From assembly GCA_028023455.1 (NCBI GenBank), contig JAQFVV010000003.1, positions 13,578,001 to 13,642,000 on the forward strand: a DNA stretch of 64,000 nucleotides, written 5' to 3'. The notes under the pieces were generated by a model that saw only the letters and a program-made list of their open reading frames with translations, ran no database searches and was not told the DNA's origin. Below, piece by piece: positions 51,704 through 64,000 of this stretch. Numbering within the stretch: position 1 is the first letter of the stretch; each line of letters opens with the position of its first letter. Position numbers and translations under genes: made by a program. The stretch comes from Epiperipatus broadwayi (lineage: Eukaryota; Animalia; Onychophora).

Positions 51704-54270
51704 ACATGAGAGATGACTGTGTTGACCAATACAGTATAAGAACTATATATATATATATATATAAGCTCAATTTATTTGAAAACAAAACAGTAATCAAATG
51801 GTTTGTCACTCAGGTCATAGGATATTTGAGTACAAGAAATAATAGTGTCATATATGAACTTTCAGCTCTCAATTCTACGAAACCATGCAAGGCAATAAAA
51901 ACAATGTGAAAATAAATTTAAACATTATATAATTGTTAAATTACTTTCTATAAAGAAAATAAACATTAAATTCTAGAGAAACACTCTCAACTTTAAAAAA
52001 AAAATCTAGAAAAAATCTTCATGCCAGTTATTTGTATACTGCAAGTAATGGAAATGTATAAAGCTCCACAATGTTGTTAAAAATCCTATTATAGACTTTA
52101 TTTTTATTTTTTTATTGGTACAATATTATCCAAATCTAGTATCCTACTATAGCTACACCTCTCTGAATTTGAATCATTATCCTACCTAACTTTTTCTAAT
52201 GACCTTATACTATTCATCTTAGAACAAACTATTCTTCTAAACTTGATTCAATCTTCTTTCCTCTAAACATCAAATTTCTTTTCATATAAAAGATTTCATT
52301 CTTTTAATTATAGATTTTCTTAGCAAATATGCAATACAAGCAGTCTTCTACTTAGATAAATAAAGTATTTCTGAGATTTCTTGCTGAAGGTCAATTTTAT
52401 GTTAAATCAAATTTTTCATTCAAGTGTACGTTTATGATTAATCATGAGAAAAAATATGAAAATAATTTTTTTAACAGCTGAAAATAAGCAATATAATAGA
52501 TTATAAGAAATGTTTATTCAAGATGAGACAAATAAGAATTGAGCACTGAACCTCAGATTTACATAAAGAGTATAATTCTTATATTTAAATTCAATAAAAA
52601 TTATCTTTTGTCTTTTAAATTATTTGCATTAAACATTTTTCAAATAACAGATATATTTTTATCTACTGTTTTCAATGATAATAAATAAAAATGAAAGAGG
52701 AATTGGACTGAAAATATATTCATAAGATGAAAAATTATAAAAACAATGTTGGAGAAACTATGAAAAATGAAAAAAAAAGGAAGAAAAAACTGATAAAAGA
52801 TAATCTTAAGATAGAGATATAATTATAGATATTTGAAATGAGAGTAAAGAATATAAAGAGATCTGGGTGAAGATAGAAGTTGCATTAATTAAACTATAGT
52901 TCCTTATTATATCTTACTTTTTAGTTTTAATATATTATTATAAATAAACCATATATTCACTAATTATGATCATGAATGCCGAATAAAGGCAAAAATGCAA
53001 GTTTGACTTTTTTATCAATGACATCTCCCATCTAATTCAAAAAGCTCTAATATAAGCAGTAAGTAAAATTTTTGATCCTAATACTTCCTCATTGTAACTA
53101 ATTAATGTGAATTTGACTGAAGCAGTGTGCATCAGATTTTATGCCAACAAATTTGTCATAATTGGTTTCTAGATGACTAACCTTTATGGTGGCAGGAAGA
53201 AAAACTTATAAACATTTCTGTAGCTAATGTTTGATACCATTTTTAAAAACTATATTTTTAATAACCTCAGTTGATAACAAACCATTTCTTCATTATTGGG
53301 TCATCCATTCAATCATAAGTATCCAATTGGATATCTTATGCTAATATCAAGATCCCCAGAATAATTTTAGGCTATTAATTTCAGAAAAAAACACCAACTG
53401 CAATACAAACATGCAATACTCATCTCTAATTTCTATTGGAAACTTACACTAATAATTCAAAATTTCAAATATATGATGACTTTTAATCCTAGCACCATTA
53501 TTATAGAAAGCTATTGACACTGCTATCTGGTTTCTGCTGATTATTCAAGCTTATGTAGATAGTTTATGAATAGAACAAATTATGCAACCTAGAATCCCAT
53601 ATTAGTTTGGTAAGAAACTATCAGCAGGTATTTTGATTTTTTTGAAAATCCCATGATTTGATTAATACATGCTTAATATAAACAAATGATTAAAAAATCT
53701 CACTTGAAAAAAAAAATTGTGTTATGACCAATTTAATATTTAAATGATTTTCTTTAACAAACTATCAATTATAAAACTTAAATATAATTATTATTTGTAT
53801 ATGTATAAAAGGCTTCATGGTATAATAGTAGCACATAATCCATCATGCATGTGATCCAGATTAAATAAATTTGACACTTTTTTCAACCTGTCTTGAGATT
53901 TTTCTTTTAGATAACCAACCAAATTAGTCATCTAATATTCATCAGAAAATAAATTCCTACATTTTCTTAACTAGAGGTAAACAAGAATGAAAAAACATCA
54001 CTTGCCAATTGGCAAGTCTGATAATCATTACTTTATCTACACTGATTTTCTATAAGAGATTGATGGAGAAGTCTTAACTTGCAGTGAGCTACTGCTAATT
54101 TCCCTTTCATCTTATATATATATAAAACATTCCGTTTTCAAATCAGTTGTAAGATAATATAAACAAGTTCCTTTTCCATATACTGTCAATATCATTAAAC
54201 CGCTTTTCTTTGTGAGAATAGCTAGTTTAAAATAACTGAAACACACAGGTTTATTATATACCTGTGTCTA

Positions 54271-54542
54271 TATATGTAATATATAGGGTATATGAGCACA
54301 GACTTTCACACGACCCACCACTCTCCACACTATCTCATAACACTGATACACTTGAACACATATATGTTGAAAAGATAAATAATCACCAATATATGTATTT
54401 CATGCTAAACCAGCAATCATCAGTTGGTCCAGATTACTATCTCTACACATATATGCCATAAGTGCTCAGATATATATTAAGATCTACTCCACACTCCAAT
54501 TCTTCAACCGTCCATCCAATTAAAAATCTGATGATGGAATGC
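54271..54542 (+). repeat. Unclassified interspersed repeat, copy C (truncated)
   Basis: Very similar to 36580-36860; ends at AATCTGATGATGGAATGCT. Confidence 0.8.
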
Positions 54543-55850
54543 TAGTTTAAAATAAGAAAAATTATTTTTTACTAAAACAAATGTTTTATTAATTTTGTTA
54601 CTTTAGGCATTTTGACAAAGAGATGCAGTTCAATGATATATACATTTTCTTTATCTAAAGGCAGAAGAAGCAACTAGGCCATATAATATCAAAAAAGTTA
54701 AAACACATGACTTTAATTCATGTCAATTTGTTATTTCTTGCCACGCTTTTATCAAAATTCATGATATAATTAGAAATGATAGTAATGATATTTCATTAGC
54801 AACCATTTGTAAATCAGTATAGCTATTTTAATTTTAGGGGGGGGGGTTGCAGTAAGAATTGCCTGTAATTAAATAATGAAACATGATGACAGAATCCCAT
54901 TATAACAATTAGTAAAGAAATATCTAATGACATAAGAGGCTCATGATGATTAATCTAATTAATAGAATTAGGTGAAAAGAAATAAAGGGTAACAGAAAGG
55001 ACAGAGTTATATGAAAAAACTGCCCATCAATCAACATTAGAAGATACTCTTGGATAGTTGCTTCTTGCTAATTATTATCAGATAACTGAAAGCCATGTTG
55101 TCTACAGTCCATAGATTCTTAGGTGGTCTGAGTTCAGCATCTGATGACAATGAAGTTTTCCAGAAAATGGTAAACATGCATCTATAAAACTCAAATTCTT
55201 TATTTTTTTATCTCTGTATTTTTAATTAGCCTTCAAAATATTTAAAAAAAAAAATATTTTGTATATTTGTAATAAGATAAATAAATATGGATATATTCAA
55301 AAATTCCAAATAGAAAAGATGAATTTATTCTACTGAATATTTTTTAATTGGCATTTCTTAAAGTTTGAAGATTAAAAAATCCTTGTGGGTATATTTAAAA
55401 AAACAAAACAAAACTGTTTAAACAAATTTTCAATAAAAACACGAGTATATTTTTAGATATATATATAGAGAGAGAGATTTTGTGCAAAATTTATTTATTT
55501 TGTAGGTATAATCAGTAGTGCAAAATAAATGTCATCTTTATGGCGAACCCACCCTAAATGCACACACATACATAAGTTAAGCAAATTATATTAAAATGAG
55601 TGAGTAATGTTCTAAAAAATAAAATTATATTTAAATCGTGTGACTTTTTACAGAAATGTATATATCTATTTTATCATGCAAATTTCACTGGATCAGATTC
55701 TAGTCTGAAAAATACTATTTCAAAAAATCAACTATATATTAATTAATTACAAAAATCAAGCTAAATATTCATAGAAAAATAATAGTAATGATATAAAATA
55801 TATTATTGTAATTATATAAATATTAAAATTATTATTTTCATTATTATTAC

Positions 55851-56084
55851 CTGATCACCCCCTTTACAAGACCTTTGATCTGAAGCTGGCCTTGAATATT
55901 TGCTATGTGAAGACTTGATATTAAAATTATCTTGAATAGAAGATGTCTTGCCACTTGCTGATGACAAGCCAGTTGTTTGATAATTTCTTTCTATAGGATC
56001 ATTTTGAATAGGTTCTGTAATTCCAAATGTTTTTTGTTTAAATGATTGTTGATGTCTCAAATCAGGTTTTGAATCATCATTAAC
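55851..56084 (-). CDS. Probable internal coding exon of an unidentified host gene
   Basis: Acceptor ATTTATTTGCTATTAG and donor CAG|GTAATA enclose 234 bp (78 codons, phase 0-0) with no stops: VNDDSKPDLRHQQSFKQKTFGITEPIQNDPIERNYQTTGLSSASGKTSSIQDNFNIKSSHSKYSRPASDQRSCKGGDQ. Ser/Thr/Gln-rich, disordered-looking. Confidence 0.65.
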
Positions 56085-59000
56085 CTAATAGCAAATAAAT
56101 ATTAATTATATACATGCAGATGTATATAAGTAAAGAATGAGCACAATAAAATATAAGATGTTCAGAATTTTACATAAAAAATATTTACTAGAAGAAATAC
56201 ATCAAAACTTGATATGAATGCTTTCTCAAACTTACATTGGTGACTTATAGAAAAATTAATTCCAATTTTATGCCACTATAATACAAGCAGACATTTTTAC
56301 ATATATATTTAAAATATCTAAATCTATTTACAGAACAATTAGGTCCGAAAATAGTACTATAATAATTCACAAGCCAGCTCCCCAAAAAATCATTTCAATA
56401 AACTTACAAATCTAGCTAGTAAATTATTGTAACATTTTTGGACATAGTTATTCCATGAATAATGTTTATACTATCAGCATTACCCATCTGATAAGCTGTC
56501 ATTTATTTACAGAACTTCATTAAAATTATTAGACTATTACAGTATATACATTAAAACACTTGGGAGATGTAAGTTCCAATCATAGTATATAAAATATTTG
56601 TAAAAAGTTGATCAATCATTCTGCAGTAAGTATACACTTCAAGAATAATCTTTCATCAATTTCTTAAAGTGCTGGCAATTGTCAATATAATATGGTGAAT
56701 GAACGCCAAATGTTTCAGACAGTGATTGAAGCTTACATCTGCTTTGTTTATATATATTTGTAGGTGCATTAGTTTTTTTATTTGTATATAATTCTTAAAT
56801 AAGATTGCATTGATTCATATCAATAAAGTCTATATAACTATGCAAGAGTTATCTTAAGAAGTATAGAGAAATTAAAAATGGCCACTAGATGCCTAAGTGC
56901 ATTAGTTTCAGCTTAGAATATTAAGTATTCACTGAAGTGAAGCAATGTGTATATAATAGTGTCATGATCTGGCATCCTCTGGTTTATAATATAGTTCTGA
57001 AGAAAAGTGGAGAGAACTGCTCTTGGAAAAGTTAAGAAAATTTTTAATGAGCTCAAATATACCAGAATTAAGATGAGGTTATTAATTTGAATACATCATA
57101 ATTTTAACACATCATGTTATTTAAAGATTTGATATTTTTCTTATATTTCAAATATTATTTTAATATTTTTTAAAAAATTATCAATTATTTTATTGAAAAA
57201 AAAAAAACCTTTCTTTTAGCATAACCACAATAGCAAGCATATTAATTATTATTTAATAAAATTGTAAATGCTTGAAGTTGAATGTATTTCATAGTTAATA
57301 ACCAGACAGTTTTCTGGCTCAAAACTTCATTCAAAGAAATATTGAATGAGTGAATTATTTTGATATTTTATGCTTTATTACTGTTGGTAATTAGAGCTCA
57401 GTTGTAGTGGTTTGACAAAATCATTTCTGTTTTTGCTTATGGGTGATGTGAATAGGGCAATCATTCATGCTATGTAATCTGCAGGGGCAGATTAGTGATG
57501 CTATAGTCTACATAGCCACAATTGTTATATTGAAACTGGAATTATTTTCAAGTACCTGATGGATCACAGACTACATTTTACATAAGATTTTCTTAATAGG
57601 ATGGGTTTTCAAATCTGTTTTGATATCTTGTTCTACATGGTTTACATTCATTTTGGGTGTGCATGTACATAATTGGTATAAGTATGAATTAAAACAAAAA
57701 TGTTAGATACGAAGTATATGATGCATTTGAGTTAGATGATATGTTTAAAGTATATTTATTCAAAACTTTTCCAAATTAAGATTAAACTAATGAATAATAT
57801 TTATATCAGTTATTTATATGTTAATTTTTTTTTTTTGTTATTATGTATCTTTCTCATACTTAAGTTTAATATTTAGCTATTAGTATTAGATCTGCTGCAT
57901 AGACAGTTTTTTCAAAGTAAGCTGTTAACAAATAACATTTATTATTGAATAACAAGTTAAGACTAATGCAAGCACTAATAATAGATCACAATCGTAAGAT
58001 GACCTTCGTTCTTTGAATCAATATATGAAACTATAGTGCTTAACATGCTGGAATTATTTTTTTTATATATTCATACTATTGAATTCACCAATTAAAAAAC
58101 AAGTCAAATACTATAAATGTTCAAAAATTTGCTTCTATTTAAAAAAGTATATTATATCAAGAAAGGTTAAAACAAAGTTTCATGAAGTGATTAGTTCTTT
58201 TAAACAAAAGTGTATTGGAAAGACAGGTTTCATACCTATATATACTGGGGGGAGGGTATCATAAAAAAATTATTACATCAATGTTTTCTATAATTTTGTT
58301 TCATATTTAAACTCTTTTTATTATTATTATTAAAAAATGTTTAAAAGATTATACTGTCCTAAATAAAATAAAAAAACCATTTTAACAATCATCAACAAGA
58401 CCAATAAAGATGTATAAAAATATTTAATAATTGTACGAAATTTATAAAGTTCATGGGTAATTTTAAACGTCATAGATAATTTTAAAATTTAATAACTTTG
58501 AATGGATCAATTTGCTTCAAAAAAAAAAAAAAGTTTTATGTTTTAACACTCAACTATCATAATTAATAACATATCTGTTATACTAATTTTTTTATTAACT
58601 GCAAACATATCTCAGTTGTTTTTTATCCCCCCCCCCATTTAATTAAGTTCCTAAATGAATTGCCTTTATTAAAATAAGCATTTAATCTTTATATTAAATG
58701 CTGTTATAGACTTTAATTAGCAAAATATCTTTGCCAGCAGTATTTTATCAAAATATTTAAATTATTTATGAATCATTTTTTAAATTATTGTTTTAAAATT
58801 ATATTTGATCTTTCAAATTACAGTAGCAAAAATCATGCAGTTACATTTCATTTCATATAAACTGACTATTCTCATGCATATTTAATAATCTGAACAACTT
58901 AACTTGCCAAATCATCTTTGCCCAAAGTTTGTTTGGAAAATGACATCATGAAAATCTAGATTATTCACAGAGCCTGCTGATCATAAGCCTCTCAGGTCAC

Positions 59001-62000
59001 CAGTGGCAGTTTCTACACTAACTATAACAAAATTATTGTGTGATTATACAACCATGCATACATCTTTTAATTACATACGTAGCAATTCTAATTCCGACTA
59101 CTTTTCTTTTTTCCCCCATCACTTATCTTTCTCTCTTTGTTTCAACTTTTATGTCTTGTATTAGAATGACTATATCAATGACTTCTAATGATAGTGATGA
59201 TTACAATCACATCTTAAAATGATAGCAATTTTAATAAAAATGTCAGTAACATATTTTAACAATGTAATGATTTTATTTGGTGATAATGTATTAGGGCTAG
59301 CTATATAACATAATAAATGATTATTTGAATATGGGGGAGGAGATGTTTTTTTCAATTAGTCTCATCTGAAGATCTGTTTTCAATGCCATTTTAGAGACAA
59401 CAAAATGGATACTTACATATTAGACTTTTATGCCTTTTTACATTCCTGTCATTCCTTCCATAATTTTCTAACCTTGCGATCCCATCAAATTAACCCTGTG
59501 ATCTCATTAAATAAAGTTAATACCAAAACTTCTTATAGACGTAAGTGATAAATTTGTTCACAAAAAATAATAAAAACACATTACAATACTAAATAAAAAC
59601 AGAAAATTGTAAGTTTTTATTTAAAACAGCATTTCATGCCAGAAATTCCCAAATTTTACTTAAAATTAAAAAATGTTACATATACTAACTCTGGTATGAA
59701 ATTACAAAACGAACACAAAGATGATGACGATTTTGTTTGCATTCTGGATGATATTAAAAAAATTAATACCACTTCATCAATTCTGTTTTAATAAAAGTTT
59801 AGTAACCCCCCCCCCATAAAGTACATAAAACTGAAGAACTACAATATGTCAGCTGCACAAAGAAGTTGGTGCTTTCATTTGCATTCTAGGCAACATTTAA
59901 AAAATCAGACCAACCCACAGATTGTTTTAAAAAAAGTTTACTAATTTTTTATTTACATTTTGATGTTTATTAATTTCTTTTTAACAAAATAAATATAGTT
60001 AGTCATTTCTCGATCAAAATTGCTTTAACTCTCCATTTTTAAAAATCTCCGTTAGATATAGGATTTTTTTTTTTTTGATCTGTCTATTTTTTAATTTTGT
60101 GCCATAATTAATAGACTTTTTTTTTTCTTTTTGCATTACTGTCCATTTTGTAGTTAATATACTTATTTAAGTGGTTTGATAGACATATTTTTTATTTTAT
60201 TTTGATTATGTATTATTTTTTGATAATTTTGTTTTAATGTCTGTTTTGTAATTTTATACCTGAGTTATTATTATACATAGTATTTTTTAATTTTAAGTAA
60301 AATTTGGAATTGCTGGCCATGTTTATGATGAGAGAATGCTGTATCTTGTGTGGAGAAGAGATGACTTTGATGGCATGAAGTAAATGTTTTAAATAAAAAC
60401 TTATGACTACTGTTTTTATTTAGCATTGTAATGTGTTATTATTATTTTTGTGTAAAAAATTATATTTTTCATATTGTTAAAAATCTACTTTTTCAAATTT
60501 AGTCTGGTGTGATTAGTATTCTATATTAGAGCAGTTATGCCTTTTCACATACATATCAGTCTGTCGATAATTTTTCTAAATTTTGCAAAAATGTTGTGAA
60601 GCAGCATGCACATGTGGTCTGCATTGTCAAATTTATCACTTAAATTTATCAGAAGTTCTGGTGTACATGTTATTTAATGACATCACAAGATTAGAAAGTT
60701 ATCGGTGGACTGATATGGATGTGAAAAGATGTAGAAGGTCTAATATGTAAGTACAAATAAGATTGACACATATAACTAATCACAAGGAGTTACCATTTTA
60801 AATGATTCCCAAAAGTTAAATTCACTTTTTTATATATTTTATTTCTGTATTGGCAATGTGTTTAACAAAATTTCAATAAAACAAGTGTATTGTAAATAAA
60901 AGATAATTATTTTCTTATATTGGTAAAACGTTTGTTTAATGTATGTGGACATTCTGATTTTCAATAATCACACACTTCTGATTTATCTTAATTAATTTAT
61001 ATACATTGGGGGTGGTAAACCATTAAATTTAACTTTAGTTTTGTAGGTTATTAGTTTTTAAAATTGATTAAAAACATAACTAGCTATTATTTACAAATAC
61101 GTTATATATGTTTATATTTTTTTCGATCCTATATTTGCATCTGTAAACACAAAAACTGCATTTTCTTTCTTTTCAGAAATATAATTTTTAATTTAATAAA
61201 AAATATTTTTTCACACCTAACATATATTTATCCGATCACATTGCATTATTATATGGTTATGCACTCATACGCAATAATAATTATGCAGTTTTAATAATAA
61301 AATGAACCTCTTCATAAACAACCAATGCAAGATATTAGAAAAATGCAAATTGAACCTAAATGTTTCAAGTAAACTAGACTCCCTCAATTTGGCCTTGGTT
61401 CTTTAAACGTACCCAATGTCGCAATATTATTTATTATTTAATTTATATTTAGATAAATATTATGTTTTCAAATGATAATTTATATAAAAAAAGATCAGTA
61501 ATATCTAGAGTTCAAAGAACATTTAAAACTGAAGTCAATAAAGTGGATTGAAAAGAATCATGTAGATTGTCATTACAAATTCCTAAAATGAATTCATAGT
61601 AACGACTAAATTATTTTTATAATACCCCCCCCCCCCCAAACAAACACACACTAAAAAAAAAACAATTGAAAATAATTCGGTAATAGAATTAAGTAGCAAC
61701 ATTTTAATCATCACCGACGATAAATTGCCATTAACACATTGTTTTTTAGCATTTCATATTCATTGATGAGCTTGAAATGATTAATTAAAGACTACTGGTT
61801 TGCATATTTACGTTTACCATGATTATAATGATACTCTCACTCCATCTCTCCGTGATAATAACAGATAAATATGTATTTATAACCTGCTTAAATAAAACTT
61901 TTGTTTAGCATTGATCATTATATAATTAGTCTTCCTGTTTTCACTGATTACATTTTTTTCTTACCAAAATTAAAAACAAACAAGCAATGTAAATGAATAT

Positions 62001-64000
62001 AAAGCTATCAAGTATAATTCCATATACAGTCATTTTACAATAAATTGCTTAGGTAAATTAACTTCCTCATTTTGAATCAGCTTTTTGTAATTCTCAGCAG
62101 TCATTCTCTTTTAATTTTATTAAAATAATAACAACAATATATGACGTAGATAATAAAAAATATTTTAAAAAACGATACACCTTTTATTCCTTAATATCAA
62201 CTCTTGCATATACACACACATGATTATGTTATGAATGTAGATACAATATACATTGCATGATATGTAAATATATATTTTATAAACATAATCTAACTTCCAA
62301 AGAAGGAAATGTATTTATTTTAAAAGTTTATAACATTTTTTTCTTCTTTAAGTTGATAGACTTGTTTGTAGATTAGCTAAGTGTGTACCCCCCCCTCCCA
62401 TTTTGCTTAATTCAATAAAATTATAAATTCTAGTACATACACAATAAACTTGACATAGTTATTCATCTCTAATAAACTTTCAAATAAAACAAGTTGCAAA
62501 AAGAAAGATTAGGAGATGCTTTTTTTTTTTTAAAAAAAAAGAAAGACGGTATATATATCATTTACCAGTAGGCAAGCCCCAGATGTCATTGCAAGTCATA
62601 TTTTCTAATCGCTTTTAACTTTTGTTTTATTCTCTAAATACTCGCAAAGTATTACTTTCCTTAAGGTTATAGACTATCCTTTTTTCTTCTCTTTTAATTT
62701 ATCAGAGCTCAAAATGAACCAGAACTGTGTTCACAATTATCAAAAATCAAAAAAGATATTCCAGATTATTAAAAATAATTTTAGGATTCATTGTACAATA
62801 AAAAATATACAACATATAAATTCATTAGAATAAAATTGCAATACCATTATAATCATATAAGCAGTATTCAGCTAGAGAGAAATGATTATGATTTCAAACA
62901 TTTGATATTGAACTAAAAATATATCAAAAGCTCAGCACTCATAAGGATATTCCAATGCCCTCATCAGTGGCATTGTTTTATCCTTGGTATTAATATTTAT
63001 TCATTATATAATAAACGATATTGATTTTTATCATAAATATAATATTTTATAAATTAAAATTATTCCTCAAGGATTATTATTTTCTTATTAAATTCATATT
63101 TTTTTTTTATAATTTTGTATTTATTGTCTAGGTACTTATTTAAAATATTTTGATCACTATGTTTTTTAGTCAGAATTGTGAGTATAATAATGAGAAGAGG
63201 TAGTGGAAACTCTGTGCTGTGTTATCCCATATAATAACAAATTAAGTCAGTAACTAATCTAACCAACAATGTTTCCTTCTTACTATTGTTCCACAAATTA
63301 AAGCATAATTTAGGGTAACTACCTTTCTAATAGCAGAAAGTACCACAATACTAAATAGATACAACAAAGACCAGACAATAATAATTTCTAGCTTCATATA
63401 TATATACATCTATCCAATGAAAATTTTAATATACAGTATATAATAAAAAAAGTACACAAAATTATTGTAAAACTAATTTTATTTTTACAGACCTATCCTA
63501 TCTTCTATCATTAAAAAAAAAAAAGGCTTTATTTATTTATAAAAAAAGTAATTTGAAAACAGCAATAATTTAACTAAATAGCAAACAAACATAACAAATA
63601 AACAAACAAAAAAAGGATTTGGGGGAGGGGCTTTCGTTTATTAATTAACAATATATATATATTAACTTCATGAATAATAAAAACTAATAATTAGAAGCAT
63701 TTGTTATTCAAATACTATTAGGTATATGGTGATCAGAACAATATATGCATTTTTAAATAAATCATACAGACTTTATAAAAACATTTTCAATAAAATATTA
63801 TTGTTAGTTTGCTTTCTTTTCAACTTAAGTATTTAATTGTACTAATAAAATAAACTGTGTCAATAAAATAGTATTTCTGTAAAATAACTTTTGGTCCATT
63901 CTTTTTGTGCTATATGATTTTGTGAATGAAATAAGGCCTTAATACTTAATAATGGTTTTCGCTTAATAACAGGAATTCAATCCTATAAGGTCATTATTCT

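Noticed and set aside
55000-55185. Possible next exon downstream of the 234-bp exon
   Set aside because: The phase-0 frame stops after 15 codons and the other frames also close; no consistent donor.
1-64000. CRISPR arrays, rRNA genes, prokaryotic operons and the remaining 60-80 aa ORFs
   Set aside because: No regularly spaced repeat-spacer array or rRNA-like sequence seen. The short ORFs have the low-complexity I/F/L/Y/K composition expected by chance at this AT content.

Overview
This is a very AT-rich animal genomic window, probably arthropod (inference only). It is mostly intronic or intergenic DNA filled with decayed transposable elements, and I could not assemble a complete host gene. 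The best host-gene evidence is one clean 234-bp minus-strand exon (55851-56084), plus weaker small-exon candidates near 22.1-22.3 kb and 56.2 kb. Recognisable TE remnants: a fragmented piggyBac transposase (7.5-9.2 kb); a non-autonomous pogo/Tigger-like element containing a nested hAT-like MITE and an internal palindrome (10.4-11.7 kb); two tandem LINE copies (23.4-29.4 kb); a Ty3/Gypsy remnant with gag, protease and integrase but no RT (29.5-31.6 kb); several RTE and L2/CR1-type fragments; and foldback elements. Three things stand out. (1) A 530-bp element with 75-bp terminal direct repeats carries a Penelope-type hammerhead ribozyme motif (retrozyme-like), with an inverted pair of the same terminus next to it. 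(2) A 3.9-kb unit has two ~875-bp near-identical direct repeats around a decayed ORF I cannot assign. (3) A very short tRNA-Gly-derived SINE family has three structurally different copies, two with clear target-site duplications. All analysis was by eye; boundaries of degraded elements are approximate.
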